A stretch of DNA of 64,000 bases from Minisyncoccales bacterium (GTDB taxonomy: Bacteria > Patescibacteriota > Minisyncoccia > Minisyncoccales > JBAMLS01): NCBI GenBank assembly GCA_039793445.1, contig JBAMLS010000001.1, positions 3,504 through 67,503 on the forward strand, read 5' to 3'. The stretch's first letter is position 1; every line of letters starts with the position of its first letter. The notes below the pieces were generated by a model. The model was not told the DNA's origin and ran no database searches. It saw nothing but the letters and a program-made list of their open reading frames with translations. The position numbers and the translations under genes were made by a program. This document shows positions 37,931 through 46,660 of the stretch, piece by piece.

Positions 37931-40900
37931 TTAAAAAAAATCAAATTTTTTTACAGTAAAATATACTTTTTTTTCATCAAAAGAAATTTCCTTAAAAAGA
38001 TTTTTATCTTTTATAATAACCTCTCTCAAAACTTCTATTTTTGCTTCTTTTTTAATATTTTCTTCATTTTTTGAGATTATTGAAATAATTTTTGAATCGC
38101 CGCCATATTCTACTAAAATTTTATCTTTTGGTTTTAAATTCATTTCCTTTCTCTTAGATTGAATATTTCTTATAAATTCTCTTTTAATTCCCTCTTCTAT
38201 TAATTCTTCGGTTAAAGTAGTATCTAACTCTATTTTTTCTTTTAATGTTTTTTCGAAAACAATCTCTTTTACATTTACTTCTTCTTTAATTAAATCTAAT
38301 AATTTAGTATTTTTAATTTTAAAGAAATCTGGTTTTATTTTTAATACTCCAAGAGGTTGTCTAACTTTAATAGAATGTTTTGCCCTTTCAGCAAGAGCTA
38401 AAGAACAGATTTCACGTATTTTTTCCATCTCTTTTTCCAAATTTTTATCTATAAGTTCTTTATTAACTTTTGGAAAATCTTCCAAATGTACAGAGATTTT
38501 TGATTTATTTATATTATGTTTAAGTTCTTGATAAAAAAATTCGCTTTGAAATGGTAAAAAAGGAGCAGTAATTTTAGCTAAAGAAAATAATACAAAAGTT
38601 AAAACCTGAACGGTCATTTGGGATTCTTCATCTTGCTTTTGGTTTTGGAATATTTTTCTTGATCTTCTAATATACCACAATGATAAATCATTGATAATAA
38701 AATTTTCTATTTCTCTTGCGGCTTTATTTATCTCATATTTTTCTAAAGCATTTTGGGAAATTAAAATAGTAGAGTAAAATTTTGAAATTATCCATTTGTC
38801 TAAAATATTATTAGATTTTTTTACTAATTTTTGAATATTATTTGGATTAATAGTTTTTATTTTCCGAATATAAGTTTTTAAAAAAACAAAACAGTTCCAA
38901 AAAGTTAAGATAAATCTATTTTTAGTTTTTTCTATATCTTTTTCTGAAAAAAGTTTATAATCGCCAGGTTGATTAATTGTATAAAAATACCACCTTGTCG
39001 CATCAACTCCATATTTCTCAATAATATACCAAGGTGAAACAACATTTCCTTTTGATTTTGACATTTTTTCGCCTTTCTCATCTAAAACAATACCTAAAGA
39101 AATAACGTTTTTATAAGAAGGACCAAAACCCAATAAAGTTGAAATAGACAACAATGTATAAAACCAACCCCTTGTTTGATCAATACCTTCTGAAATAAAA
39201 TCAGCTGGAAATAGTTTTGGAGGTTTTAATTTTTGTTTTTCATTTATTTTATTTTGAAAGGAAGAAAAAGGCCAATGTTCTTGAGCAAATGGCATAGCTC
39301 CTGAATCAAACCAACAATCAATTACAAAAGACACCCTTTCCATTTTTTCTCCACATTTCGGGCAGTAAAATTTAATATTATCAACATAAGGTTTGTGTAA
39401 ATCTATTTCCCATTTTTTATTGTATGGTAAATCTTTAAATTCAATTTCTCGATATTCTCCGGTTTTTATTTTATTTCTCTCTATTTTTTCTTCAAAATCT
39501 TTTATATCATATCCTAAAACTGTTCCCTGAAACATTAAAATTGGTTTTGAATGACTTATAATTAAAATTGTTTTTCCAGTATATTTTTTATCTATTTCTT
39601 TAATAAAATTAAAAATTCTTTTTCTTACATCATTATAGTTTTCTCCCCCTTTGGGTTTTTTAAAAAATCTTTCTTTATAAGAAGACCAATAACCTTCAAA
39701 TTCAGAAATTAATTTTCCCTCAAAAATACCAGCTTTAATATCTCTTAATCTTTTATCAAAAATTGGCTCTATATTTAATTCTTTTCCTAAAATTTCTGCT
39801 GTTTCTCTTGTTCTTTCTAAATCAGAAGAAATTATAATATCAATATTTTCTTTCTTTAATTTTTTTGCTACCCTTTTTATTTCTTTTTTTCCTCTTTCTG
39901 TAAGAGAAGATAAAATTTTTTCAGGTTTACTCGAAATAATTATATTTCTCAAATTCATTTCAGATTCTCCATGCCTTAAAAATAAATATCTATTTTGAGA
40001 AAATTTTTGTTCTTTTAATTCATTAATAGAACCAATTATTTTTCTATAACCACATTTTTTACATTCCCAAATAGGTAATGGAGTACCCCAATATCTTTCT
40101 CTTGATAAAGACCAATCTTTAGCTTCTTTTAACCATTCTCCAAACCTTCCTGTTTTTATATGTTTTGGAATCCAATTAATTTTTCTATTGTTAGAAATTA
40201 AATCATTTTTCAAAGCTGACATTTTTATAAACCATCCATTTTTTGCAAAAAAAATTAAAGGAGTTTTACAACGCCAACAAAAAGGATATTCGTGTTCTAT
40301 TATTTTTTCTTTAAAAAGAAAATTTCTTTCTTTTAAATCTTTTATAATTAGAGGATCGGCATCCTTTACAAAAATACCAGCAAATTTTTCGACAAATAAT
40401 TTAAATTTTCCTTCCTCATTTACATTTAAAATTATAGGAAATTCTGGTAATTTTTTTTCTTTCAATTTTAAATTTTGATTTTCTATTAACTCCATATCTT
40501 CTGGTCCAAAAGCTGGAGCTATATGAACTAAACCAGTTCCCTCTTCTAAAGTAACAAAATCTGCTGGAAATAACTTATAAATATTACTTTGATATTCTTT
40601 TACAGGATAGGGTGGTTCATAAGAAATTAACGAAAATTTATTTATATCAATTTCTTCATAAGAATAATTTTCTAATCCTAAATCTTTTATTCTTTCTTTG
40701 GCTAATATTAAGTATTCATCATTTATCTTTACTTTTACATATTTAAATTTGGTGTTAAATGCAACTGCTACATTTCCAGGTAATGTCCAAGGGGTAGTTG
40801 TCCATATCAAAAGAGAGGTATTTTCAAATTCAGGATTCAAAATTTTAAATTTAACAAAAATAGAGGTTTCTTTTACTGTTTTATAACCCTGGGCAACTTC

Positions 40901-41458
40901 ATGAGAAGATAAAAAGGTACCACATCTTGGACAATAGGGATTTACTTTTAATCCTTCATATAAAAATCCCTTTTCATATATTTTCTTTAAAATAAACCAC
41001 ACAGTTTCAATATATTCTTTTGTATAAGTAATATAAGGATTTTTTAAACCAATCCAAAAACCTATTCTTTGCGTAAATTTTTCCCATTCTTTTTTATATT
41101 CCCAAACAGATTTTTTACAAAGTTCATTAAATTTTTCTATTCCAAATTTTTCAATCTCTTTTTTTGTGTTTATTTTTAATTTTTTTTCTATTTCAATTTC
41201 AACTGGTAAACCATGAGTATCCCAACCTGCTTTTCTTTGAACTTTAAAGCCCTGCATTGTTTTATAACGGCACACAAGATCTTTAAAGGCTCTACTTAAA
41301 AAATGATGAATACCAGGTTTTCCATTTGCTGTGGGTGGACCTTCATAAAAAACAAAATCTTTGTTTTTGTTTCTTTGAGAAATACTTTTTTCAAAAATAT
41401 TTTCTTTATTCCAAAAATTTAAAATTTTCTTTTCTATTTTTTGAATATTAAATTCCAT
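37931..41458 (-). CDS. ileS: Isoleucine--tRNA ligase (type 2) with inserted histidine phosphatase domain
   Basis: EGPPTANG, GWDTHGLP, WTTTPWT, GTGLVH, SRERYWGTP, WFDSG, EGIDQTRGWF, KMSKS; internal RHGES domain. Confidence 0.96.
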   Translation of the reverse strand: MEFNIQKIEKKILNFWNKENIFEKSISQRNKNKDFVFYEGPPTANGKPGIHHFLSRAFKDLVCRYKTMQGFKVQRKAGWDTHGLPVEIEIEKKLKINTKKEIEKFGIEKFNELCKKSVWEYKKEWEKFTQRIGFWIGLKNPYITYTKEYIETVWFILKKIYEKGFLYEGLKVNPYCPRCGTFLSSHEVAQGYKTVKETSIFVKFKILNPEFENTSLLIWTTTPWTLPGNVAVAFNTKFKYVKVKINDEYLILAKERIKDLGLENYSYEEIDINKFSLISYEPPYPVKEYQSNIYKLFPADFVTLEEGTGLVHIAPAFGPEDMELIENQNLKLKEKKLPEFPIILNVNEEGKFKLFVEKFAGIFVKDADPLIIKDLKERNFLFKEKIIEHEYPFCWRCKTPLIFFAKNGWFIKMSALKNDLISNNRKINWIPKHIKTGRFGEWLKEAKDWSLSRERYWGTPLPIWECKKCGYRKIIGSINELKEQKFSQNRYLFLRHGESEMNLRNIIISSKPEKILSSLTERGKKEIKRVAKKLKKENIDIIISSDLERTRETAEILGKELNIEPIFDKRLRDIKAGIFEGKLISEFEGYWSSYKERFFKKPKGGENYNDVRKRIFNFIKEIDKKYTGKTILIISHSKPILMFQGTVLGYDIKDFEEKIERNKIKTGEYREIEFKDLPYNKKWEIDLHKPYVDNIKFYCPKCGEKMERVSFVIDCWFDSGAMPFAQEHWPFSSFQNKINEKQKLKPPKLFPADFISEGIDQTRGWFYTLLSISTLLGFGPSYKNVISLGIVLDEKGEKMSKSKGNVVSPWYIIEKYGVDATRWYFYTINQPGDYKLFSEKDIEKTKNRFILTFWNCFVFLKTYIRKIKTINPNNIQKLVKKSNNILDKWIISKFYSTILISQNALEKYEINKAAREIENFIINDLSLWYIRRSRKIFQNQKQDEESQMTVQVLTFVLFSLAKITAPFLPFQSEFFYQELKHNINKSKISVHLEDFPKVNKELIDKNLEKEMEKIREICSLALAERAKHSIKVRQPLGVLKIKPDFFKIKNTKLLDLIKEEVNVKEIVFEKTLKEKIELDTTLTEELIEEGIKREFIRNIQSKRKEMNLKPKDKILVEYGGDSKIISIISKNEENIKKEAKIEVLREVIIKDKNLFKEISFDEKKVYFTVKKFDFF

Positions 41459-41514
41459 ATTTTTTATTTTTATATTAATTAATAATTTATCAAAAAAAAT
41501 AAAAAAATAAAGAA

Positions 41515-43287
41515 TTACATCTTTTCTAATACGGAAAGCCCTAATATTTTAAAAGAATTTTTAAGAATTTGGGCAATAGAAAAAGTGATTAACAATCTTA
41601 ATTTTCTTAAATCATCATTTTTCTCGTTTAAAATTGGGTATCTTTCATAAAATAAATTGAATTTTTGAGAAAGATTAAAAATATAATTACAAATAATATT
41701 TGGACTAAACTTTTCTTGAGATTTTAAAAGAATAGTTCTAAATTTACAAATTTCTTTTAAAAGATAAAACTCTTCTTCCGAAAGAAAATTTGGATTTTTA
41801 GATAAAATTTTTATTTTATTTATTCTATTTATTTTTGCTTTTTTTAAAACACTATTTGCTCTTACTAAAGTATATTGCAAATAAGGGCCTGAATTACCTT
41901 TTAAATTTAAACATTTTTTTAAATCAAAAATAATATTATTCTGGGGATTTTCCCTTAGATCATTATATTTTATAGCGCTAATAGCAATTTTTTTTGCAAC
42001 TTTTTCTTTTATTTTTTCAGAAGCATTTTTATATGCTTTTGATTTACTTAAAATTTTTTTTGCTTCTTGAATAGCTTTATTTAAAATTTTCTCTAAATGA
42101 ATTGTTGTTCCTTGACGAGTAGAAATTTTACCACCCTTAGAAAGATACAATCCATGAGATAGATGAAAGAAATAAGTTTCTTTTTTAGCATAAATTTTAT
42201 CCCATTTTAACATTTTTACTGCTTCAAATAATTGTTTCATATATAAAGATTGCTCTGCCCCAACCTCATATAAAATTATATCTGGTTTCCATTTTTTTAA
42301 TCTGTATTTTATTGCCGCTAAATCGCGCAAAAAATAAGTAGAAGTACCATCTGATTTTACTAAAATTGCTGGCGGAAACTCTTTTTCTTTAAATTTTATA
42401 ATTAAAGCGCCCTCGCTTTTTGAAAGAATGCCTTTTTCTTGAAGTTCTTTAATTATTTCTTTTGTAAATTTAAGATAAAAACTTTCTCCTATAGTAAAAT
42501 CAATTTTTATATCTAAAATTTTATATATTTTATTAAATTCTTTTAGGCTTAATTTTACAATTTCTCTCCAAATTTGCTTAATTTTTTCATCTCTCTTTTC
42601 TAGTTTGAAGAAATATTTTCTTCCTTCTTCTTTTATTTTAGGATTTTTTTGCGCTTCTTTATGAAATTTAACATAAAGTTTTTCTAACTCGTAAATAGTA
42701 TATTCTTTTATATTCTTTTTTCCCCCCCATTTTAAAATAGCAAAAATTAGATTTCCAAATTGAGTCCCCCAATCACCTAAGTGGTTATCACCAATAGATT
42801 TATATCCTAAAAATTTAAAAAGATTATATATAGCGTGACCAATAATTGTTGATCTTAAATGTCCAATTCCAAAAGATTTTGCAATATTTGGAGAAGAATA
42901 ATCAATAACTATCGTTTTTTTCTTATTTAATATTATTCGTGGATATCTTTCTTTTTCTTTAAAAATATTGTTTATTTCTTCTAAAAATACTTCTTTTTTG
43001 AGAAAAAAATTTAAAAAGCCTTGAGGAGATATTTCAATTTTCTCTAAAAAATTTATTTTTTTATTATTTAATTTTTCCAATATTAAATTTGCTAATCCAA
43101 TAGGTGGTTTTTGAGCAACTTTTGAAAGCAATATTGCTATATTACTAGTAAAATCACCATATTGAAAAAAAACGGGAAAATTTATATCAAAATTAGGAAT
43201 AAAAAAATCAGAAAGTATTTTTTCTTTTTGAAGCTCTAAAATAGATTCTTTAATTTTTTCTTTTAAAATTTGTCTTTGAACTTCCAT
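41515..43287 (-). CDS. argS: Arginine--tRNA ligase
   Basis: DYSSPNIAK..GIGHLRS, HLGDWGTQFG, GESFY, KSDG...Y..RD, GPYLQY...R, C-terminal LEKM. Confidence 0.96.
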   Translation of the reverse strand: MEVQRQILKEKIKESILELQKEKILSDFFIPNFDINFPVFFQYGDFTSNIAILLSKVAQKPPIGLANLILEKLNNKKINFLEKIEISPQGFLNFFLKKEVFLEEINNIFKEKERYPRIILNKKKTIVIDYSSPNIAKSFGIGHLRSTIIGHAIYNLFKFLGYKSIGDNHLGDWGTQFGNLIFAILKWGGKKNIKEYTIYELEKLYVKFHKEAQKNPKIKEEGRKYFFKLEKRDEKIKQIWREIVKLSLKEFNKIYKILDIKIDFTIGESFYLKFTKEIIKELQEKGILSKSEGALIIKFKEKEFPPAILVKSDGTSTYFLRDLAAIKYRLKKWKPDIILYEVGAEQSLYMKQLFEAVKMLKWDKIYAKKETYFFHLSHGLYLSKGGKISTRQGTTIHLEKILNKAIQEAKKILSKSKAYKNASEKIKEKVAKKIAISAIKYNDLRENPQNNIIFDLKKCLNLKGNSGPYLQYTLVRANSVLKKAKINRINKIKILSKNPNFLSEEEFYLLKEICKFRTILLKSQEKFSPNIICNYIFNLSQKFNLFYERYPILNEKNDDLRKLRLLITFSIAQILKNSFKILGLSVLEKM

Positions 43288-43963
43288 AAATTAAAGTGCC
43301 AATAAAAATTTTTTTATTTAAAACACAATCTAATCTTTTAAGAAACTCACCATTTATTATAAAAACATTAATACTCAATTTTTCTGCTAATTTTGAAGCA
43401 ATAGGATCAAAAGGGGTTGATAATCCCGGTTCCCATTTTCCACCAATAATTCTTTTATATTCTTTAAAAGAAATTTCTTTTAAGGGTTTTACATTTTTAA
43501 ATTTTCTTGGATCTTTATCATATATAAAATCTATATTTGTTAAATTTATAATTTCTTTTATTCTATTGTGTTTTGCAAACAATACAGAAACATAATCTGT
43601 AGAAAATCCAGGTTTAAAACCCGAACCGACAATAATATCTTTTTTAAAATTAACCTTTTTTGTTGGATCAGTTATAATGGTGTTATTACAAAAAGAAGAA
43701 AAAATCCTTTTTACTACTTTCGCATTTAATCTTGTTACTTCTATTCCAATCTGATCTCTTTCAAAAGATTCTGCTCCAAATTCTTTAAGGGCCTCTTGAT
43801 ATTTTCTTGCTATTTTCCCTCCCCCAACAAAAATAACAAATTTATATTTTTTTAAATGTTTTAAAATTAGGTTTCTAAATTTTTTTAAGAAATTTAAATT
43901 AATTTCATTTTCTTTCCACAAAAGCGAACCACCTAAAGATATAATTATTTTTTTCTTTTCCAT
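43250..43963 (-). CDS. pyrH: Uridylate kinase (archaeal-type)
   Basis: ISLGGSL, VGGGKIARKY, PGFSTD, IYDKDP, PFDPIA, GT at C-terminus. Confidence 0.9.
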   Translation of the reverse strand: MEKKKIIISLGGSLLWKENEINLNFLKKFRNLILKHLKKYKFVIFVGGGKIARKYQEALKEFGAESFERDQIGIEVTRLNAKVVKRIFSSFCNNTIITDPTKKVNFKKDIIVGSGFKPGFSTDYVSVLFAKHNRIKEIINLTNIDFIYDKDPRKFKNVKPLKEISFKEYKRIIGGKWEPGLSTPFDPIASKLAEKLSINVFIINGEFLKRLDCVLNKKIFIGTLIYGSSKTNFKRKN

Positions 43964-44014
43964 ATTTTTGTTTTAATTTTAATATATTTTTTGCTAAAAT
44001 TAAAGAATCAACCT

Positions 44015-44482
44015 ATGAAAAAAAATATTAAGAGGGTTATTGCTCAAAACAAGAAAGCAGAGTTTAATTACGAAATTTTAGAGAAATATATAGCTGGAAT
44101 AGTATTAGAAGGTCACGAAGTAAAATCAATAAAAATTTTTGGTATAAACCTAAATGGTGTTTTTGCTATTGTTAAAAGGGGTGAAATTTTTTTAATAGGA
44201 TTAAATATTCCTCCTTATCAGCCTGGAAACTTAACTTTAAGATATAATCCAAAAAGAGATAGGAAATTGCTTTTAAAAAAAACTGAAATAAAAAATATAA
44301 TAAATAAATTAAATCAAAAAAGGTTGACGTTAATACCGCTTAGGGTGTATAATATAAAAGGTTTAATTAAGATCGAATTGGGTATAGCTAAACATAAAAA
44401 GAAGTTTGAAAAAAAAGAAAAAATAAAAGAAAGAGAAATTGACAGAGAAATAAAAAAAGAAATAAAAAATTATAATCTTTAG
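44015..44482 (+). CDS. smpB: SsrA-binding protein SmpB
   Basis: Reads on the + strand (ATG AAA AAA AAT ATT... to TAG at 44480-44482), not - as listed in the ORF track; NKKAEFNYEI, AGIVLEGHEVKS, R.RKLLL; directly upstream of tmRNA. Confidence 0.96.
   Translation: MKKNIKRVIAQNKKAEFNYEILEKYIAGIVLEGHEVKSIKIFGINLNGVFAIVKRGEIFLIGLNIPPYQPGNLTLRYNPKRDRKLLLKKTEIKNIINKLNQKRLTLIPLRVYNIKGLIKIELGIAKHKKKFEKKEKIKEREIDREIKKEIKNYNL
44324..44353 (+). promoter_or_regulatory. Near-consensus sigma70 promoter inside smpB, probable ssrA promoter
   Basis: TTGACG (44324-29)-18bp-TATAAT (44348-53), ~150 nt upstream of the tmRNA 5' end. Confidence 0.6.
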
Positions 44483-44505
44483 GTTCTTTTTTTATTTAAT
44501 AAGAG

Positions 44506-44852
44506 GGGGGTGAAAATGGAATTGATGAAAGTCATAAAAAGCCAAAGCAGGCAGGTTGAGGGAGACCTCATAAAACATCTAAAAAGTGCAAACTTTACTT
44601 TTAAACCTGCTTTAGTTGCTGCATAAAACTAAAGCCATTCTTCTTCTTTTGTTCTCGACAAAGAAGAAAGGGTGTTATATTTTTCGAGATAGATAGTTAT
44701 TTTTCCTGGAATAACTATCGAAAAATAACAGGAAAAAAGTCTTATCGTTTTTGTCTACTTTTTAAAGATAAGACTTTAAAAGAAAGTAGACTATACCTGT
44801 AAAACTGCGAGGCTTTGACTCTCAGACGCGGGTTCAAATCCCACCACCTCCA
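44506..44852 (+). ncRNA. ssrA: tmRNA; tag peptide (A)ANFTFKPALVAA* at 44588-44626
   Basis: Ala-like acceptor GGGGGTG/CACCTCC+A with G3:U; T loop TTCAAAT; resume GCA codon and tag ending in AA-TAA; pseudoknot-capable stems (GATAGTTATT/AATAACTATC with loop TTTCCTG:CAGGAAA; AAGTCTTATC/GATAAGACTT with GTCTACTTT:AAAGTAGAC). Confidence 0.93.
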
Positions 44853-44882
44853 CAATTAATATTAATATAAATTAATAAAAAT

Positions 44883-45386
44883 ATTTTTAAAAAAATTTTA
44901 ATAAACAATCAAATAAAAGCAGAAAAAGTAAGAGTAATAAAAGAAAATGGAGAGCAACTTGGTGTTTTACCATTACAAGAAGCTCTAGAGTTAGCAAAAC
45001 AAAATAACACAGATTTAGTACTAATAACTGATAACATCCAACCACCTGTTTGTAAATTAATAAATTATGGAAAATTTATTTATAATTTGCAGAAAAAAGA
45101 GAAAAAGAAAAAAGATAGTGGTCAAATAAAAAATATTAGAATCGGTTTCAATATAGCTTCTCATGATTTAGAAACTAAAATAAAAGCAATAGAGAATTTC
45201 CTTAAAAAAGGCAATAAAATAAAAATTGAATTAAAGTTATCTGGAAGAGAAAATAGATTTACAGAAATAGCAAAAGAAAAAATTAATGAAATTTTAAACA
45301 ATTTAAAAAATAATTTTGATATAAAAATTGAGAGAGATTTAAAAAAAGAAGGCAATAGAATCACCGTTTTAATAAGTAAAAAATAA
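44883..45386 (+). CDS. infC: Translation initiation factor IF-3 (non-canonical ATT start)
   Basis: Frame of the listed 45087 ORF is open from 44871 (after in-frame TAA) and encodes INNQIKAEKVRVIKENGEQLGVLPLQEALELA...DLVLI...PPVCKLINYGKFIY; only ATT/ATA candidate starts (44871, 44883, 44895); exact start uncertain. Confidence 0.92.
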   Translation: MFKKILINNQIKAEKVRVIKENGEQLGVLPLQEALELAKQNNTDLVLITDNIQPPVCKLINYGKFIYNLQKKEKKKKDSGQIKNIRIGFNIASHDLETKIKAIENFLKKGNKIKIELKLSGRENRFTEIAKEKINEILNNLKNNFDIKIERDLKKEGNRITVLISKK

Positions 45387-45390
45387 AATT

Positions 45391-45567
45391 ATGAAAAAAA
45401 CACTATTAAAAAGATTTAAGATTAAAAATACGGGAAAAATTTTGGTTTTACCTACAGGTCAAAATCATTTTAGATCAAAAAAATCTGGAAAAAAAATAAG
45501 ACAAAAAAGAAAACTAAAACATTTAACAAAAGAAGTCGTTAAAAAAATAAAAGAAAGATTAAAATAA
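45391..45567 (+). CDS. rpmI: 50S ribosomal protein bL35
   Basis: Hand translation MKKTLLKRFKIKNTGKILVLPTGQNHFRSKKSGKKIRQKRK... (58 aa); lies between infC and rplT. Confidence 0.9.
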   Translation: MKKTLLKRFKIKNTGKILVLPTGQNHFRSKKSGKKIRQKRKLKHLTKEVVKKIKERLK

Positions 45568-45571
45568 AATT

Positions 45572-45919
45572 ATGACAAGAGTAAAAAGAGGAAAAATAAA
45601 AGTTAAAAAAAGAAAAAAATTATTAAAATTAACAAAGGGTTTTAAATGGGGTAGAAAATCAAAACCAAAAAGAGCAAAAGAGGCAATTTTAAAAGCCCTC
45701 ACTTATGCTTATAGGGACAGAAAAAAGAAAAAAAGCGAGTTTAGAAAACTTTGGCAAATTCAAATTGGAAATGCGGCAAAAGAAAGAGGATTAAGTTATA
45801 GTAAATTTATTCATTTATTGAAAGAAAAAAATATCGAATTAGATAGAAAAATATTAGCACAAATTGCTATAAATTACCCTGATATTTTTTCGAAAATTAT
45901 AGAAAAAGTAAAAAGTTAA
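45572..45919 (+). CDS. rplT: 50S ribosomal protein bL20
   Basis: MTRVKRG, YAYRDRKKKKSEFRKLW, YSKFIH, LDRKILA. Confidence 0.97.
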   Translation: MTRVKRGKIKVKKRKKLLKLTKGFKWGRKSKPKRAKEAILKALTYAYRDRKKKKSEFRKLWQIQIGNAAKERGLSYSKFIHLLKEKNIELDRKILAQIAINYPDIFSKIIEKVKS

Positions 45920-46653
45920 AAAATAACTTTTTTCTTTTTTATTTTTATTCCTTCTTTCTTTAAAAGAAAAATCTTCTTCTTTTCTCCTCTATTATATCCC
46001 CCTACTTTTCTATCTGATCTAATTACTCTATGACAAGGTATTCTAATATTCTCTTTTTTTGTTTTGTTTAAAATATTACCAACAGCCCTCCATGCTGTTG
46101 GTCTTTCGGCTAAAATTGCTACTTCTTTATAAGTTAAAAATTTTCCTTTTGGAATTTTCTTAACAAGGTTGTATACCTTTTCCTTAAAAGACACTTTATT
46201 TTTTAAACTATTTTCTTTTATTTTATTAATTAAAAAATCGTTTGCCTTTTTAAGAACACTTTTGGCGTTATCGTAAGTAAGAATTTTTATTGCCTCTTTA
46301 AATGGCGCCCACGTAAAACCTATATGTTCTTTTGAAATCGTAATTTCCTCTTGATTTGTACTTACTAAAAAAAATGTTACAAATTTTAAAACTCTTTTAC
46401 CCTGAGAATAAAAATAATACTTTATTGTTTCCTTAAAGCCATCGATGATTTTTATATCATTTAGTCCTGTTTCTTCGTTTATTTCTCTTTTTGCTGTTTC
46501 TATTAATTTTTCTCCTTTTTCAACATGACCTTTTGGAAAATCCCAATAATCTTTTTTTGTTCTACTGCCCTTTGGATAGTGTAATAATAAATATTGAATA
46601 TCGCCATTTGTTTTTCTAAAGACAATACCACCAGCTGATCTTTCAATTGGCAT
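45916..46653 (-). CDS. Nudix hydrolase (Ap4A hydrolase-like) fused to O6-alkylguanine-DNA alkyltransferase domain
   Basis: SAGGIVF...WDFPKGHVEKGEKLIETAKREINEETG Nudix box; C-terminal IPKG...TY...RAVG...IPCHRVIRS MGMT motif. Confidence 0.88.
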   Translation of the reverse strand: MPIERSAGGIVFRKTNGDIQYLLLHYPKGSRTKKDYWDFPKGHVEKGEKLIETAKREINEETGLNDIKIIDGFKETIKYYFYSQGKRVLKFVTFFLVSTNQEEITISKEHIGFTWAPFKEAIKILTYDNAKSVLKKANDFLINKIKENSLKNKVSFKEKVYNLVKKIPKGKFLTYKEVAILAERPTAWRAVGNILNKTKKENIRIPCHRVIRSDRKVGGYNRGEKKKIFLLKKEGIKIKKKKVIF

Positions 46654-46660
46654 AATTAAA

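Noticed and set aside
39430-39995. ileS insert as a second intein
   Set aside because: No Cys/Ser start with His-Asn end or Hint motifs; motifs match a histidine phosphatase.
41459-41514. T-rich/A-rich inverted repeat upstream of ileS (terminator or T-box?)
   Set aside because: Only A/T homopolymer pairing, no GC stem, and far too short for a T-box leader.
43991-44482. ORF track lists the SmpB-like ORF on the minus strand
   Set aside because: The protein reads directly on the + strand (TTG CTA AAA... ATG at 44015, TAG at 44480-44482); annotated as +.
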